DNA from: Actinomycetota bacterium
Lineage (GTDB): Bacteria > Actinomycetota > Acidimicrobiia > Acidimicrobiales > JACCXE01
NCBI GenBank assembly: GCA_041166225.1
Contig: JBEEFT010000203.1
Span: forward strand, 1 to 50,061
Reading direction: 5' to 3'
DNA length: 50,061 nt
The translations under genes were made by a program, and so were the position numbers. Of this stretch, positions 1-9,308 are shown piece after piece. A model generated the notes under the pieces. It saw only the letters and a program-made list of their open reading frames with translations. It ran no database searches and was not told where the DNA came from. How positions within the stretch are numbered: the stretch's first letter is position 1; each line of letters begins with the position of its first letter.

Positions 1-112
1 AGAAGACGAGCGCGACGGCCTTGTTGCCGCGGAACGACGACAGCTTCACGTTGTCGCCGGTGCTCGCCTTGAGATCGAAGTCGGGCGCTTCTTGACCAAT
101 TTCTGCAGACAT
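1..112 (-). CDS. peroxiredoxin (AhpC/TSA/Bcp-type), N-terminal fragment running off the window
   Basis: Not in the ORF track because it is open at the window edge. Reverse complement from ATG at 112 reads MSAEIGQEAPDFDLKASTGDNVKLSSFRGNKAVALVF, a typical thiol-peroxidase N-terminus. Confidence 0.6.
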   Translation of the reverse strand, partial: MSAEIGQEAPDFDLKASTGDNVKLSSFRGNKAVALVF

Positions 113-192
113 GGGTGCCAAGCTAACGGCAGGACTGAACATCTCGGTATCGAAATGGTCGTTCCGCGACCGATCTGATGCCGAGAAGCGGT

Positions 193-1113
193 TTACGTCG
201 TCGGGCGTTTGCCGTTCGTCTCGGCGTTCGGCGCGGCGCGCTCGACGAGGTCGGGGATGACTTTGCCCAACTCGTTGGGGTCCCACTTGGATCCGTGGTC
301 TTCACCGGGCCCCGCGACCCAGCCTTCGGCGACTGAGATCCGCCCGCCGGCGACGTTGAACACGCGGCCCGTAACGCCCGACGCCTCGGGGCTGCCCAAC
401 CACACCACGAGCGGGGCGATGTTCTCGGGACCGAAGGGGTTCCACTCGCCCTCCTCGATCTGCGGACGGTTCGGGTTGAGGTTCTCGGTCATGCGCGTGA
501 GTGCGCCCGGCGCGATCGCGTTGACGGTGACGCCGTAACGGCCGAGCTCCTTCGACGCAATAATCGTGAAGCCGGCGATGCCCATCTTCGCGGCGCCGTA
601 GTTCGCTTGGCCGACGTTGCCGTAGATGCCCGACGACGACGTGGTGTTGATGATGCGGGCGTCGTTCTCGCGACCGGCCTTGCTCTCGGCCCGCCAGAAA
701 TCGATGGCGTGACGGGTCGGGCAGAACGTGCCGCGCAGGTGCACCTTGATCACCGCGTCCCACTCGTCGACAGACATGTTCACGAGCATGCGATCGCGCA
801 GGATGCCGGCGTTGTTCACCAGCACGTCGATGCGACCGAAGCTGTCGATCGCGGTCTGGATCAGGCGGCCGGCGCCCTCCCAGTCCGACACATCGTCGCC
901 GTTCGCGACCGCCTCGCCGCCCATGGCCTTGATCTCGTCGACGACGGCCAGCGCCGGCCCGACGGTCGGTGTGCCGCCCCCGTCCATCTCGCCACCGAGG
1001 TCGTTGACGACCACCTTGGCGCCGGTCTCGGCGAACAGCAGCGCGTGCTCGCGCCCGATGCCACCGCCGGCGCCCGTGATCACGACCACGCGTCCTTCGT
1101 TCAAACGACTCAC
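193..1113 (-). CDS. SDR family oxidoreductase (3-hydroxyacyl-CoA / 3-oxoacyl reductase-like)
   Basis: 306-aa ORF. Has the TGAGGGIG Rossmann motif, NNAG, and a YxxxK-type region (YGAAK). GTG start is preceded by GGGAGGG 7 nt upstream. Confidence 0.9.
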   Translation of the reverse strand: MSRLNEGRVVVITGAGGGIGREHALLFAETGAKVVVNDLGGEMDGGGTPTVGPALAVVDEIKAMGGEAVANGDDVSDWEGAGRLIQTAIDSFGRIDVLVNNAGILRDRMLVNMSVDEWDAVIKVHLRGTFCPTRHAIDFWRAESKAGRENDARIINTTSSSGIYGNVGQANYGAAKMGIAGFTIIASKELGRYGVTVNAIAPGALTRMTENLNPNRPQIEEGEWNPFGPENIAPLVVWLGSPEASGVTGRVFNVAGGRISVAEGWVAGPGEDHGSKWDPNELGKVIPDLVERAAPNAETNGKRPTT

Positions 1114-1153
1114 GTTTCATCCCTCCCTAAAAGTGCGGTGATCCTCGCGCAGA

Positions 1154-2011
1154 TCACGCGGTGCGAGTCGAGCGCATCAAACCCGGAAGCGTCTGCGCGA
1201 GCGCCCGGGTCCAATACGGCCAGTCGTGCAACCCGGCGCCGTAGTCGTGCCACACGTGGTCGATGCCGAGGTCGTCGAGACGGGCGTGAAACGTCGTCAT
1301 GGCGCGGTGCACGCCGGCCTCGATCGTGTCGAGAACGGGCCCGTCGTCGAACAGGCGGCCGTTCCCGGTGCGCAACTCCAACACGGTGTGCCGGAGGTTC
1401 TCGGCGAGGTCGACGGGGTTGTGCTCGCGGCGCGTTGGTATCGATTCGGGATAGGGGCCCCAGACGTCGCCTTTGGCGCCGCCGTTCAGCGGCGTCATCG
1501 CGTCGACGGTCTTGCCGATGCGGTCGTCGAGTATGTCGGTGGCGCCGGAGAACGCGGCGGCGAAGCCGAACAACTCCGGGTGGCGCGCTGCGTATTTCAT
1601 CGCGCCGAACCCGCCCATGGACAACCCCGCGATCGTCCGCCCGGCGCGGTCGGTCCGGGTGGCGAAGGTTTCCTCGACCCACGGGCGAAGTTCGGCGAGG
1701 TGGTACGTCTCCCACTGTTGGCGCCCGATCGTGTTCTCGGCGTCGCGGACCCAGTCGGAATACCAGCCCGCCTGGCCGCAGTCAGGCATCACCACGATCA
1801 GATCTAGGCCTTCGGTGACGGATTCCGCTGCGCCCTTGTCGGTCCAACTGCGCCCGTCGTCGGCGCCGCCGTGCAACAGGTACAGAACGGGCAGACGCGT
1901 CGAGCCGTCGAAAGCGTCGGGCACCAAAATGCGGACCGGTGACGCACGGCCTAGCGCCTGCGACGCGAACTGCACCTCGTGGAGACGCTTGGTGAGCCGC
2001 TCTGACTGCAT
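1154..2011 (-). CDS. esterase family protein (esterase D / antigen-85-like alpha/beta hydrolase)
   Basis: Motifs LPVLYLLHGG and the GLSMGG nucleophile elbow. I prefer the internal ATG at 2011 (MQSERLTKRLHEVQF...) over the track start at 2068. Confidence 0.85.
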   Translation of the reverse strand: MQSERLTKRLHEVQFASQALGRASPVRILVPDAFDGSTRLPVLYLLHGGADDGRSWTDKGAAESVTEGLDLIVVMPDCGQAGWYSDWVRDAENTIGRQQWETYHLAELRPWVEETFATRTDRAGRTIAGLSMGGFGAMKYAARHPELFGFAAAFSGATDILDDRIGKTVDAMTPLNGGAKGDVWGPYPESIPTRREHNPVDLAENLRHTVLELRTGNGRLFDDGPVLDTIEAGVHRAMTTFHARLDDLGIDHVWHDYGAGLHDWPYWTRALAQTLPGLMRSTRTA

Positions 2012-2115
2012 GCCGCCGCAGCTTGCACGAACTGTCCGCTTCGCGCCGCGCATGCCCACGGAATTCACATCTTCGGGGGTTTGATTTCACAGCTTCGGCC
2101 GCCACTCTGGGATTT

Positions 2116-2661
2116 ATGACAACTCCCCGCATACCTCGTCGCGTCTTGTCGGCCGGAGCGCTCGGCTTGGCGGCGCTCGGCGGTGCCGGCGTCATGACCG
2201 TCTTGAACGCGGGCGGCGGGTCGAACCTGCCAGTGCTGAACATCGCAACAGCCGCTCCTAACGACACCACAACCACTGTGGTGAAGCCGACTTCGCCTGA
2301 TGGCGCGGCCGGCGACAAGGCGGTCTGCGATCACGACGGTCCCGGCCCGCGCGACCGTGCTCCGCTCGACGACGCGACCGCGGCGAAAGTGCAGGCGGCG
2401 GCGATTGCGGCGGTGCCGAATGCGACCGTCGACAAAGCCGGCCATGACCGTGGCGATGGCTACGTGGCGATGTTGACCAAGGCCGACGGCACCACGCGAG
2501 TGCTCGTGCACGAAGACGCGAACTTCAAGGTGACCGACGTGCAAGACCCGGCGCCGATGCGCGGCGATCACGGCCCCGGCGGGCGCGGCGACCACGGCGC
2601 CAACGACGGTGACGCCGATGATGCAGGCGCAACGCCTCCGACGACCACAGCCTCGTCGTAA
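2116..2661 (+). CDS. secreted hypothetical protein, possible PepSY-like C-terminal domain
   Basis: MTTPRIPRRVLSAGALGLAALGGAGV is a signal-peptide-like N-terminus, possibly Tat-type (RR). The start is moved from the track (2023) to the ATG at 2116. The C-terminus is Asp/Gly-rich. Confidence 0.65.
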   Translation: MTTPRIPRRVLSAGALGLAALGGAGVMTVLNAGGGSNLPVLNIATAAPNDTTTTVVKPTSPDGAAGDKAVCDHDGPGPRDRAPLDDATAAKVQAAAIAAVPNATVDKAGHDRGDGYVAMLTKADGTTRVLVHEDANFKVTDVQDPAPMRGDHGPGGRGDHGANDGDADDAGATPPTTTASS

Positions 2662-2673
2662 GCGCGTAGAGCG

Positions 2674-3435
2674 CTACGCGAACGTACGGACCAACTCGAG
2701 TACGTCGTCGCCGTCGGGGCCAACAGCGGTCAGCTGCGTCTGACGGGCGTTGGCCCGTTGCCCGGCCAGCAAGCACAGGTCGGCCGCAGGGCCACGAACG
2801 ACGGTCGCCGCCGGCGCGCCGTCGTCGGCCGTGAAACGCCACAGGTCGCCCGACGGGCTGGTGAGCTCGAACGCCACCGTCCCGCTCATCTCACGGCCGG
2901 CGCGCGCGAACGCGTAAGGCAGAGTGCGCCAGGCCAGCCGCGCGATATGACGAAGACGTTCCGGTGCCGCAAGCTCGACGCCGAGGCCGTACGCGACGTC
3001 GTTCGTGTGAATCCACGTCTCGGCCAAGCGGGTCGTCGCGAGGGTATGCACCGACAACTGGCCGGCGACCCATTGCACGCGGTGATGAGGATCGGCGCGG
3101 CGGTACGCAGCCATCATGCGATCGACGCCGTCGCGCCACCGGTCGTAGACGTCGGCGGGCGGCGCGCCACGCTCCTTGTCGACCATCAAACCGGCGCCGT
3201 CGTCGATGTCGCTCGAGGGCCGCACGCCTTCGGTCAGCCGGTGGAGCGTTTCGTCGAACGTGCCGGTGAGACTGCCGAGCGCCATCTCATTCGTCTGCGC
3301 GAGGTGCAGCATCACGTCGGACACGGTCCAGCCGTCGCAGCGTGACGGGCGCGACCACGTGGTTTCGACGTCGGGGCGCACCAACGCGTCGAGTTCGGCT
3401 TGCTGTTCGTCGAGCCCGGCAAGGATCTCGTCCAT
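2674..3435 (-). CDS. mycothiol-dependent maleylpyruvate isomerase family / DinB-like metal-binding protein
   Basis: The N-terminus (LDEQQAELDALV...W..PS.CDGWTVSDVMLHL) is typical of the actinobacterial MDMPI/TIGR03083-type family. Confidence 0.8.
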   Translation of the reverse strand: MDEILAGLDEQQAELDALVRPDVETTWSRPSRCDGWTVSDVMLHLAQTNEMALGSLTGTFDETLHRLTEGVRPSSDIDDGAGLMVDKERGAPPADVYDRWRDGVDRMMAAYRRADPHHRVQWVAGQLSVHTLATTRLAETWIHTNDVAYGLGVELAAPERLRHIARLAWRTLPYAFARAGREMSGTVAFELTSPSGDLWRFTADDGAPAATVVRGPAADLCLLAGQRANARQTQLTAVGPDGDDVLELVRTFA

Positions 3436-3452
3436 CGGGCCAAACTACGTGA

Positions 3453-5012
3453 GTGACAGCTATTTACAGCCTGGCCGAGCTTGCCCGCACCCACGCCGCC
3501 GAGCGCGGCGACAAGCCTGCGATCACCTTCGAAGACCGCACCGTGACGTTCCGCGAATTGAACGAGCGATCGAACCAAGTGGCCAACGCGCTCGCGGCCG
3601 AAGGTGTCGGCACGGCCGACCGCGTCGCGATCCTCGACAAGAACAGCGTCGAGTACTTCGAGCTGCTGTTCGGCGGGGCCAAGCTGAACGCGGTCAACGT
3701 GGCGGTCAACTGGCGCCTCGCGGCGCCGGAGATTGCGCAGATCCTCGACGACTCACAGGCGAGCGTGGTCGTGGTCGGCCAGGCGTTCACTGGCGTGCTC
3801 GACGCGATCGCCAAAGACCTGTCGGCCAAGAAGATCGTGGTCGTCGGCGGACACGACGGTTACGAGGCGTACGACGAGTGGGTCGACGCGCAACCCGCTT
3901 CCGACCCGGGGGCCGAACCGGCGCCCGACGACGTGTGCTTCCAGCTCTACACCTCGGGTACTACCGGCCTGCCGAAGGGCGTGATGCTGACCAACGACAA
4001 CTTGTTCAGCGTGATGGAGTCGGTGGGCGACTTCGGCATCACCGAGAACAGCGTGAACCTCGTCGCCATGCCGCTGTTCCACATCGGCGGCAGCGGCTAC
4101 GCGATGGTCGGCATGTACACCGGCTGTCACTCGGTGCTGCTGCGCGAAGTCGATCCGGCCGCGATGCTGGCGCTGATCCCCGAGAAGCGGGTGTCGAACA
4201 TGTTCGCGGTTCCCGCCGTGCTTCAGTTCATGTTGATGGTGTCCGGCGTGAACGACATCGACTTCTCGAGTTTGGAGACCATTTGCTACGGCGCATCTCC
4301 GATCTCTGTCGAGGTGCTCGCCGGCTCGATCAAGACGTTCGGTTCCAAGTTCGTGCAGCTTTACGGGATGACCGAGACCACCGGTGCGGTCGTCGCGCTC
4401 ATGCCCGAAGACCACGACCCGGGCGGGCCCGGCGAGTACAAGCTGCGCGCCGCGGGCAAGGCGATGAAGGGCGTGGAGTTGCGCATCGTCGACCCTGACA
4501 CCGACGGCGACGCCACGACGGGCGACGTCGGTGAGATCTGGGTGCGCAGCCGCCAGAACATGCGCGGCTACTGGCGCAAGGACGCCGAAACTGCGAACAC
4601 GCTCACGACCGACGGCTGGGTGAAGACCGGCGACGCGGGTTACCTCGACGCCGACGGCTACCTCTATATCCACGACCGGGTGAAGGACATGATCATCTCG
4701 GGGGGCGAGAACATCTATCCGGCGGAAGTCGAGAACTGCCTGATGTCGCACCCGGGAATCGCCGACGTCGCCGCGTTCGGCGTGCCCAGCGAGAAGTGGG
4801 GCGAGTCGGTGCACGCTGCGGTGGTGAAAGCGCAAGGCGCCGAACCGACGCCCGACGACATCATCGCCTTCGCGCGCGAACGGCTCGCGCACTTCAAATG
4901 CCCGACGTCGGTCACCTACGTCGACGCGCTACCGCGGAACCCGTCAGGCAAGATCCTGCGACGGGAGCTCCGCGCCCCCTTCTGGGCCGACCGCGAGCGG
5001 AGCATTGGGTGA
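3453..5012 (+). CDS. AMP-dependent acyl-CoA synthetase / long-chain fatty-acid-CoA ligase
   Basis: Motifs YTSGTTGLPKGV (AMP-binding P-loop), GYWR, TGD, and GKILRRELR at the C-terminus. GTG start lies 17 nt from the divergent gene. Confidence 0.93.
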   Translation: MTAIYSLAELARTHAAERGDKPAITFEDRTVTFRELNERSNQVANALAAEGVGTADRVAILDKNSVEYFELLFGGAKLNAVNVAVNWRLAAPEIAQILDDSQASVVVVGQAFTGVLDAIAKDLSAKKIVVVGGHDGYEAYDEWVDAQPASDPGAEPAPDDVCFQLYTSGTTGLPKGVMLTNDNLFSVMESVGDFGITENSVNLVAMPLFHIGGSGYAMVGMYTGCHSVLLREVDPAAMLALIPEKRVSNMFAVPAVLQFMLMVSGVNDIDFSSLETICYGASPISVEVLAGSIKTFGSKFVQLYGMTETTGAVVALMPEDHDPGGPGEYKLRAAGKAMKGVELRIVDPDTDGDATTGDVGEIWVRSRQNMRGYWRKDAETANTLTTDGWVKTGDAGYLDADGYLYIHDRVKDMIISGGENIYPAEVENCLMSHPGIADVAAFGVPSEKWGESVHAAVVKAQGAEPTPDDIIAFARERLAHFKCPTSVTYVDALPRNPSGKILRRELRAPFWADRERSIG

Positions 5013-6185
5013 GTTCCGTTTGATTAGGCCGTAGAGGGAAAGGGCGATGCCGCCGAAACAGATCGCGGCGAGCGTGCGCATCCCGCCGCGCGCATGGAAC
5101 GGAATCAGCGTGGCTAGCCCGGCGCCGGCAACCCAGCACAGCTGAAAGATCGTCTCGTACCGCGCGAAGGTGCGGCCGCGGATCTGTTCCGGCGCGTCAC
5201 GCTGCACGAGGCTGTCGAAGGCGAGCCGCCCGGCGCTGCTGCCGAGGCCGATCGTGCCCGCGACGATTGCGGCCGTCGTGAGGGTGAAGTGCGACGCCGC
5301 GAACACTGCGGCCACCCCCATCGCAGCGAGCGCGGTGAGCAACAGCACCTGCTCGCGGAACACCCGGCGCAACGCCGGCGCGATGCTCGAGCCGAGTAGG
5401 CCGCCGAGGCCCGCCGCAGCGACCGCGACGGCGAAACCCTTCGTGCCGTCGCCCCGCGCCCGTAACACGAACGCGAGCAGGAACGTGAGGAACCCGACGC
5501 TGCCTCGGCTGGCGCCCATCGCCACGCCCGCACCGATCAAGCGCGACGTGAGCAGTGCGCGGAAGTCACCCGTGACCCGCTTGCGGCGCTCACCGCGTTC
5601 GGGCTTCGGCAATGCGAACGCGGGCACGGCCATCGCCGCGAAAACGATGGCGGCCGACCACAACGAAACCTTCGTGGAGAACGCGTGCTGCAAACCGGCC
5701 GCGATGCCCGCGCCCACCGTGGCGCCGGCGACCGAGATCACCGACAGCCACGCGTTGCCCCAAATCAGCGGCTTCTCGTCGTCGAGCGCGTTGGGCACGA
5801 TTGCGCTGCGGCTAATCCCGTGGACGCGGGACAGCACAAGCAAACCGAACGCCAGCGGGTAAAGGCTGAGCCGGTTGGTGCGCGACGCAAGCGTTAGCGC
5901 GAGGCCGGCGCGGCCAACTGCGCTCACGATGATGCCGAGGCGGTAGGCGCCGCGGCGCCGGTCTAACCAGGGGCCGACGAGCGGTGACAACACCGCGAAC
6001 GGCGTCATCGTCAACGCGAGGTACAGACCGACCTTGTCGCGGGCCTCGCCCACCGGCACGTTGAAGAACAGCGTGTTGGCCAGTGCGACGGCAACCATCG
6101 CGTCGCCCACGCCATGAATCGCCTGCACCACGGCGAGACGTTGAAATGCCAGCGGTGCCTTCTGAATCGAGCGCACGACGATCAT
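4944..6185 (-). CDS. MFS transporter
   Basis: 413 aa and hydrophobic throughout, with about 12 predicted helices. Starts 3 nt after the nagA stop. Confidence 0.85.
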   Translation of the reverse strand: MIVVRSIQKAPLAFQRLAVVQAIHGVGDAMVAVALANTLFFNVPVGEARDKVGLYLALTMTPFAVLSPLVGPWLDRRRGAYRLGIIVSAVGRAGLALTLASRTNRLSLYPLAFGLLVLSRVHGISRSAIVPNALDDEKPLIWGNAWLSVISVAGATVGAGIAAGLQHAFSTKVSLWSAAIVFAAMAVPAFALPKPERGERRKRVTGDFRALLTSRLIGAGVAMGASRGSVGFLTFLLAFVLRARGDGTKGFAVAVAAAGLGGLLGSSIAPALRRVFREQVLLLTALAAMGVAAVFAASHFTLTTAAIVAGTIGLGSSAGRLAFDSLVQRDAPEQIRGRTFARYETIFQLCWVAGAGLATLIPFHARGGMRTLAAICFGGIALSLYGLIKRNSPNAPLAVGPEGGAELPSQDLA

Positions 6186-6188
6186 CGC

Positions 6189-7286
6189 TTATGCCGCGAT
6201 CCAGACCTCTTGAGCGCTCAGCGTCGCTGCATCGAGCGCCACGAGATCAGCGCGCAGACCCGGAAGGATCGCGCCGCGCTCGGCGCTGAGGCCGAGCAGT
6301 CGCGCCGGCGTAGTCGCGGCTGCGTGCACAACGTCGACCAGGTCGATGCCGGCTTCGCGCACCATGCGCGCGACGGCGGCGTCCATTGTGAGGCAACTGC
6401 CTGCGATCGTGCCGTCCGGTAACCGCGGCGCGCCGTCGACCATTTCGACACCGCGCTGACCGCCGGTTTCGTCGCGCCACCCCACGGCGTCGGTGACGAG
6501 GATCCAGCGGCCCCGACCTTTTGCGCGCGCGGCGGCGCGCAATGCCGCGGGGTGCACGTGCACGCCGTCGGCGATCAGCGACGGCGTGAGGCGGTCGTCG
6601 GCGAGGGCGGCGCCGAGAATGCCGGGGGCCCGGTGGTGCAGCGCGCTCATGCCGTTGAACAGGTGGGTGACGAGCCGTGCGCCGGCGTCGGCACCGGCAA
6701 CGGCCTGCTCGTATGTGGCCGTCGAGTGCCCCATGCTCACGAGTACGCCGTTTGCGGCCAATTGCGCGATCGCGTCTGTGGCATTCACGAGTTCGGGGCC
6801 AAGCGTCACCACCTTCACTATCGGCGGCAACGACGCCAGCCATTCGAGGTCGAGCGGAATTGTCCACGCCGGGTTGTGCGCTCCGTGCGCGCCGCCGAGG
6901 AACGGGCCTTCGAGGTGCGCGCCGAGGATCGCTGGACGGTCGGGAGCCGGGGCCCGGAGGGCGGCTGCGGTGATCTCACGCAGCGGTGCCGCGAATGCGT
7001 CGAGCGGCGCAGTCACCAGTGTCGGGCACCACGCCGTGACCCCTTGGGCGACGAGCAGCGCGTCGAGCCGGTCCCACGCGGCACCGGTAGCCGACGCGAC
7101 GTGGACGTCGTCGTGACCGTTCACCTGCACGTCAACAAATCCGGGGCACAGCACGCGTTCGGGAGCAACGCCCGCAGTGGCGCGGACGTCGACGATCACA
7201 CCGTCGTCGAAGGTGACCTCTCCCGGCGTGAGCACCGCGTCGGGCGTGACAACCGCTGACGCGCGGATTGTTTGCGACGGGCCCAC
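6189..7286 (-). CDS. nagA: N-acetylglucosamine-6-phosphate deacetylase
   Basis: Amidohydrolase motifs GFVDVQVNGH, GHS and HLFNGMS. 365 aa. GTG start. Confidence 0.85.
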   Translation of the reverse strand: MGPSQTIRASAVVTPDAVLTPGEVTFDDGVIVDVRATAGVAPERVLCPGFVDVQVNGHDDVHVASATGAAWDRLDALLVAQGVTAWCPTLVTAPLDAFAAPLREITAAALRAPAPDRPAILGAHLEGPFLGGAHGAHNPAWTIPLDLEWLASLPPIVKVVTLGPELVNATDAIAQLAANGVLVSMGHSTATYEQAVAGADAGARLVTHLFNGMSALHHRAPGILGAALADDRLTPSLIADGVHVHPAALRAAARAKGRGRWILVTDAVGWRDETGGQRGVEMVDGAPRLPDGTIAGSCLTMDAAVARMVREAGIDLVDVVHAAATTPARLLGLSAERGAILPGLRADLVALDAATLSAQEVWIAA

Positions 7287-7295
7287 CCGCTGAGG

Positions 7296-8882
7296 TTAGG
7301 ACTCGCGACGTCGTCGCAGGTTTAGGCGGTCTTCGACCAGTCGCCGCTCGGCCCGCCGGTCGTGCGCTCGGGCGCGCAGCAGGTCGGCGTGGGTGCAGAC
7401 GCCGACGAGTTCGCCGCCGTCGACCACGGGCACTTCGGCAATGTCGTTGTCGAGCAACACGTCGAGCGCCGTGATCGCGCGGTCCAACGACGTGACAACG
7501 GGTCCGTCGAGTCGGGGGTGGGTGCCGTTCGCCTGGCTCATGATCTCGGCGACCGTGGTCGTGACGAGTGGGTCGACGCCGTAAAAGCGCCCGACGCGAA
7601 CGCCGCGACGGTGCAACTTCTCCGTCATGATCGAATGCTCGCTTAGTGCGTTGAACACCAAGTCGGCGAGTGCGACTGCGAGCATGAGCGGGACCACCAC
7701 GTTGTAGTTCCGCGTGAGCTCGAAGACGAAGACGATCGACGTGAAGGTTGCACGCGTCGCGGCGCCGAACGTGGCCGCCATGGCGACGACTGCGAACGCT
7801 CCCAACGCGATGGCGGGCCCGGGAAGAACATGGTTGATTCCGTTACCGGCGAGCGCGCCAAACGACGCGCTGATGAGCAGGATCGGCGCAAGCGTGCCAC
7901 CACTGGTTCCCGAGCCGAGCGCAAACCACCAAGACACCAATTTCACCAGTCCGAGCACGGCGACGGTGCCCAAGGTGAGACGGTTGGTGAGCACGTCACC
8001 AATCGCGTCGTAACCGACGCCGAGAGCGCGAGGCGCCAACGATCCGACGGCCACGAACAACACCGCGCCGATCATCGGGTGCCAGAACTCCGACACCGGC
8101 AAGCGCCGATACGCCGTCTCGACGAGGAACAGGCCCTTCACCACGACCGCAGCGAGCACGCCGCACGCGAGGCCGAGCAAAGCGAACGCGGGCAGGGACC
8201 CCAGCCCGGGGTAGTGGTAGGCGGGCACGTGAAACAGCGGCCCCGTCCCGATGATCGCCGTGTGCACGGCTCCGGCGACGCAGGTCGCCACGATCAACGG
8301 CAACAGCGAGCGGGCCGAGAACTCGAACAGCAACAACTCGACCGCGAGCATCACCGACGCGAGTGGGGCGCCGAATGTCGCGGCCATCCCCGCCGCTGCG
8401 CCGCAGGCAAGAAGGATCTTGCGTTCCGCGGCCGACACGTGGATCACCTGTCCGAGAAGAGATCCGAGCGCGCCCCCCGTCACGATGATGGGGCCTTCTG
8501 CGCCGAAGGGCGCGCTCGTCCCGATAGCAATTGCCGCGCTGATGGGTTTGGCAACCGCCGTCTGGGGCGAAATGCGGCTGCGTTTGGTCAGCACAACTTC
8601 CATCGCTTCGGGAATTCCATGACCGCGGATCACCGGGGCCCACTTCGCGAGCAGGCTCACGATCAACGCACCCAGTACCGCGACGACGAACAGACGCGGG
8701 CTTGTATGCAGATGACGGAACGTCGGCGGGTTTACGCCGAGGTGGCCGAACACCGCCGCGTTGGTAATGAACCGGATCAGGTGCAACAGCACCCACGCCG
8801 CTCCGCCGCCCGCGAACCCCAATAACGCCCCGCTGCCGGTGAGCAGCAGCAGGCGGTCGAGGGGCGTGCGCCAGCTGGTCAT
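7296..8882 (-). CDS. ClC family voltage-gated chloride channel with C-terminal CBS pair
   Basis: Motifs GHGIPE, GAEGP and GTSGG, a multi-TM core, and a C-terminal CBS-like segment (VVDGGELVGVCTHADLL). Start set to the ATG at 8882 (MTSWRTP...). The longer track ORF to 9050 overlaps marR. Confidence 0.9.
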   Translation of the reverse strand: MTSWRTPLDRLLLLTGSGALLGFAGGGAAWVLLHLIRFITNAAVFGHLGVNPPTFRHLHTSPRLFVVAVLGALIVSLLAKWAPVIRGHGIPEAMEVVLTKRSRISPQTAVAKPISAAIAIGTSAPFGAEGPIIVTGGALGSLLGQVIHVSAAERKILLACGAAAGMAATFGAPLASVMLAVELLLFEFSARSLLPLIVATCVAGAVHTAIIGTGPLFHVPAYHYPGLGSLPAFALLGLACGVLAAVVVKGLFLVETAYRRLPVSEFWHPMIGAVLFVAVGSLAPRALGVGYDAIGDVLTNRLTLGTVAVLGLVKLVSWWFALGSGTSGGTLAPILLISASFGALAGNGINHVLPGPAIALGAFAVVAMAATFGAATRATFTSIVFVFELTRNYNVVVPLMLAVALADLVFNALSEHSIMTEKLHRRGVRVGRFYGVDPLVTTTVAEIMSQANGTHPRLDGPVVTSLDRAITALDVLLDNDIAEVPVVDGGELVGVCTHADLLRARAHDRRAERRLVEDRLNLRRRRES

Positions 8883-8884
8883 CG

Positions 8885-8907
8885 CACGATAATATCGTGT
8901 CACGATA
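8885..8907. promoter_or_regulatory. triple half-site palindromic operator (CACGATA-A-TATCGTG-T-CACGATA) filling the ClC/marR intergenic region
   Basis: Read directly from the sequence: three 7-nt half-sites in alternating orientation, each separated by 1 nt. The central TAATAT / TATTAT can act as -10 boxes in both directions. Confidence 0.6.
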
Positions 8908-9308
8908 TGAATTTGTCCAATGAGGACTTCGTGCGGCTGCTCACGTTCCGCGACGGGTTGCGCCGGTTCCTGAGCTGGAGCGAGACCGAGGCCCGCGCCG
9001 CGGGCGTTACACCGGCGCAGCACCAGCTGCTCCTCGCTATTCGCGGGCACGGGTCGTCACCCAAGGTCGGCGACCTGGGCGAGCACCTGATGCTGCGGCA
9101 CCACAGCGTCGTTGAGTTGATCGACCGCGCCGAGGCTGCGGGGCTCGTGCGTCGAGTCGCCGACGTCGCCGACCACCGCATGGTTCGGGTCGAGCTACGC
9201 CCGAAGGGGCTGCGCGTCCTCGAGAAGTTGTCGGCCGCGCACCTCGAAGAGTTGTCGCGGCTGGTGCCGTCGCTCGCTGAGTTGTGGAGCGGGCTGCCCT
9301 CAGGCTGA
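8907..9308 (+). CDS. MarR family transcriptional regulator
   Basis: 133 aa. The LTFRDGLRRFLSWSE...GVTPAQHQLLLAI...L..HHSVVELIDRAE pattern is a winged-HTH MarR signature. Confidence 0.9.
   Translation: MNLSNEDFVRLLTFRDGLRRFLSWSETEARAAGVTPAQHQLLLAIRGHGSSPKVGDLGEHLMLRHHSVVELIDRAEAAGLVRRVADVADHRMVRVELRPKGLRVLEKLSAAHLEELSRLVPSLAELWSGLPSG

Noticed and set aside
1139-1161. Inverted repeat GTGATC-N8-GATCAC at the esterase stop
   Set aside because: The stem is only 6 bp and overlaps the stop codon, with no supporting context. It is too weak to call a terminator or operator.
607-1818. 403-aa plus-strand ORF (and similar ORFs at 302-1120, 1110-1715 and 1226-1807)
   Set aside because: It is extremely Arg/Ala/Gly/Pro-rich and lies antisense or out of frame to the clearly motif-bearing SDR and esterase genes. 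These are typical high-GC shadow ORFs.
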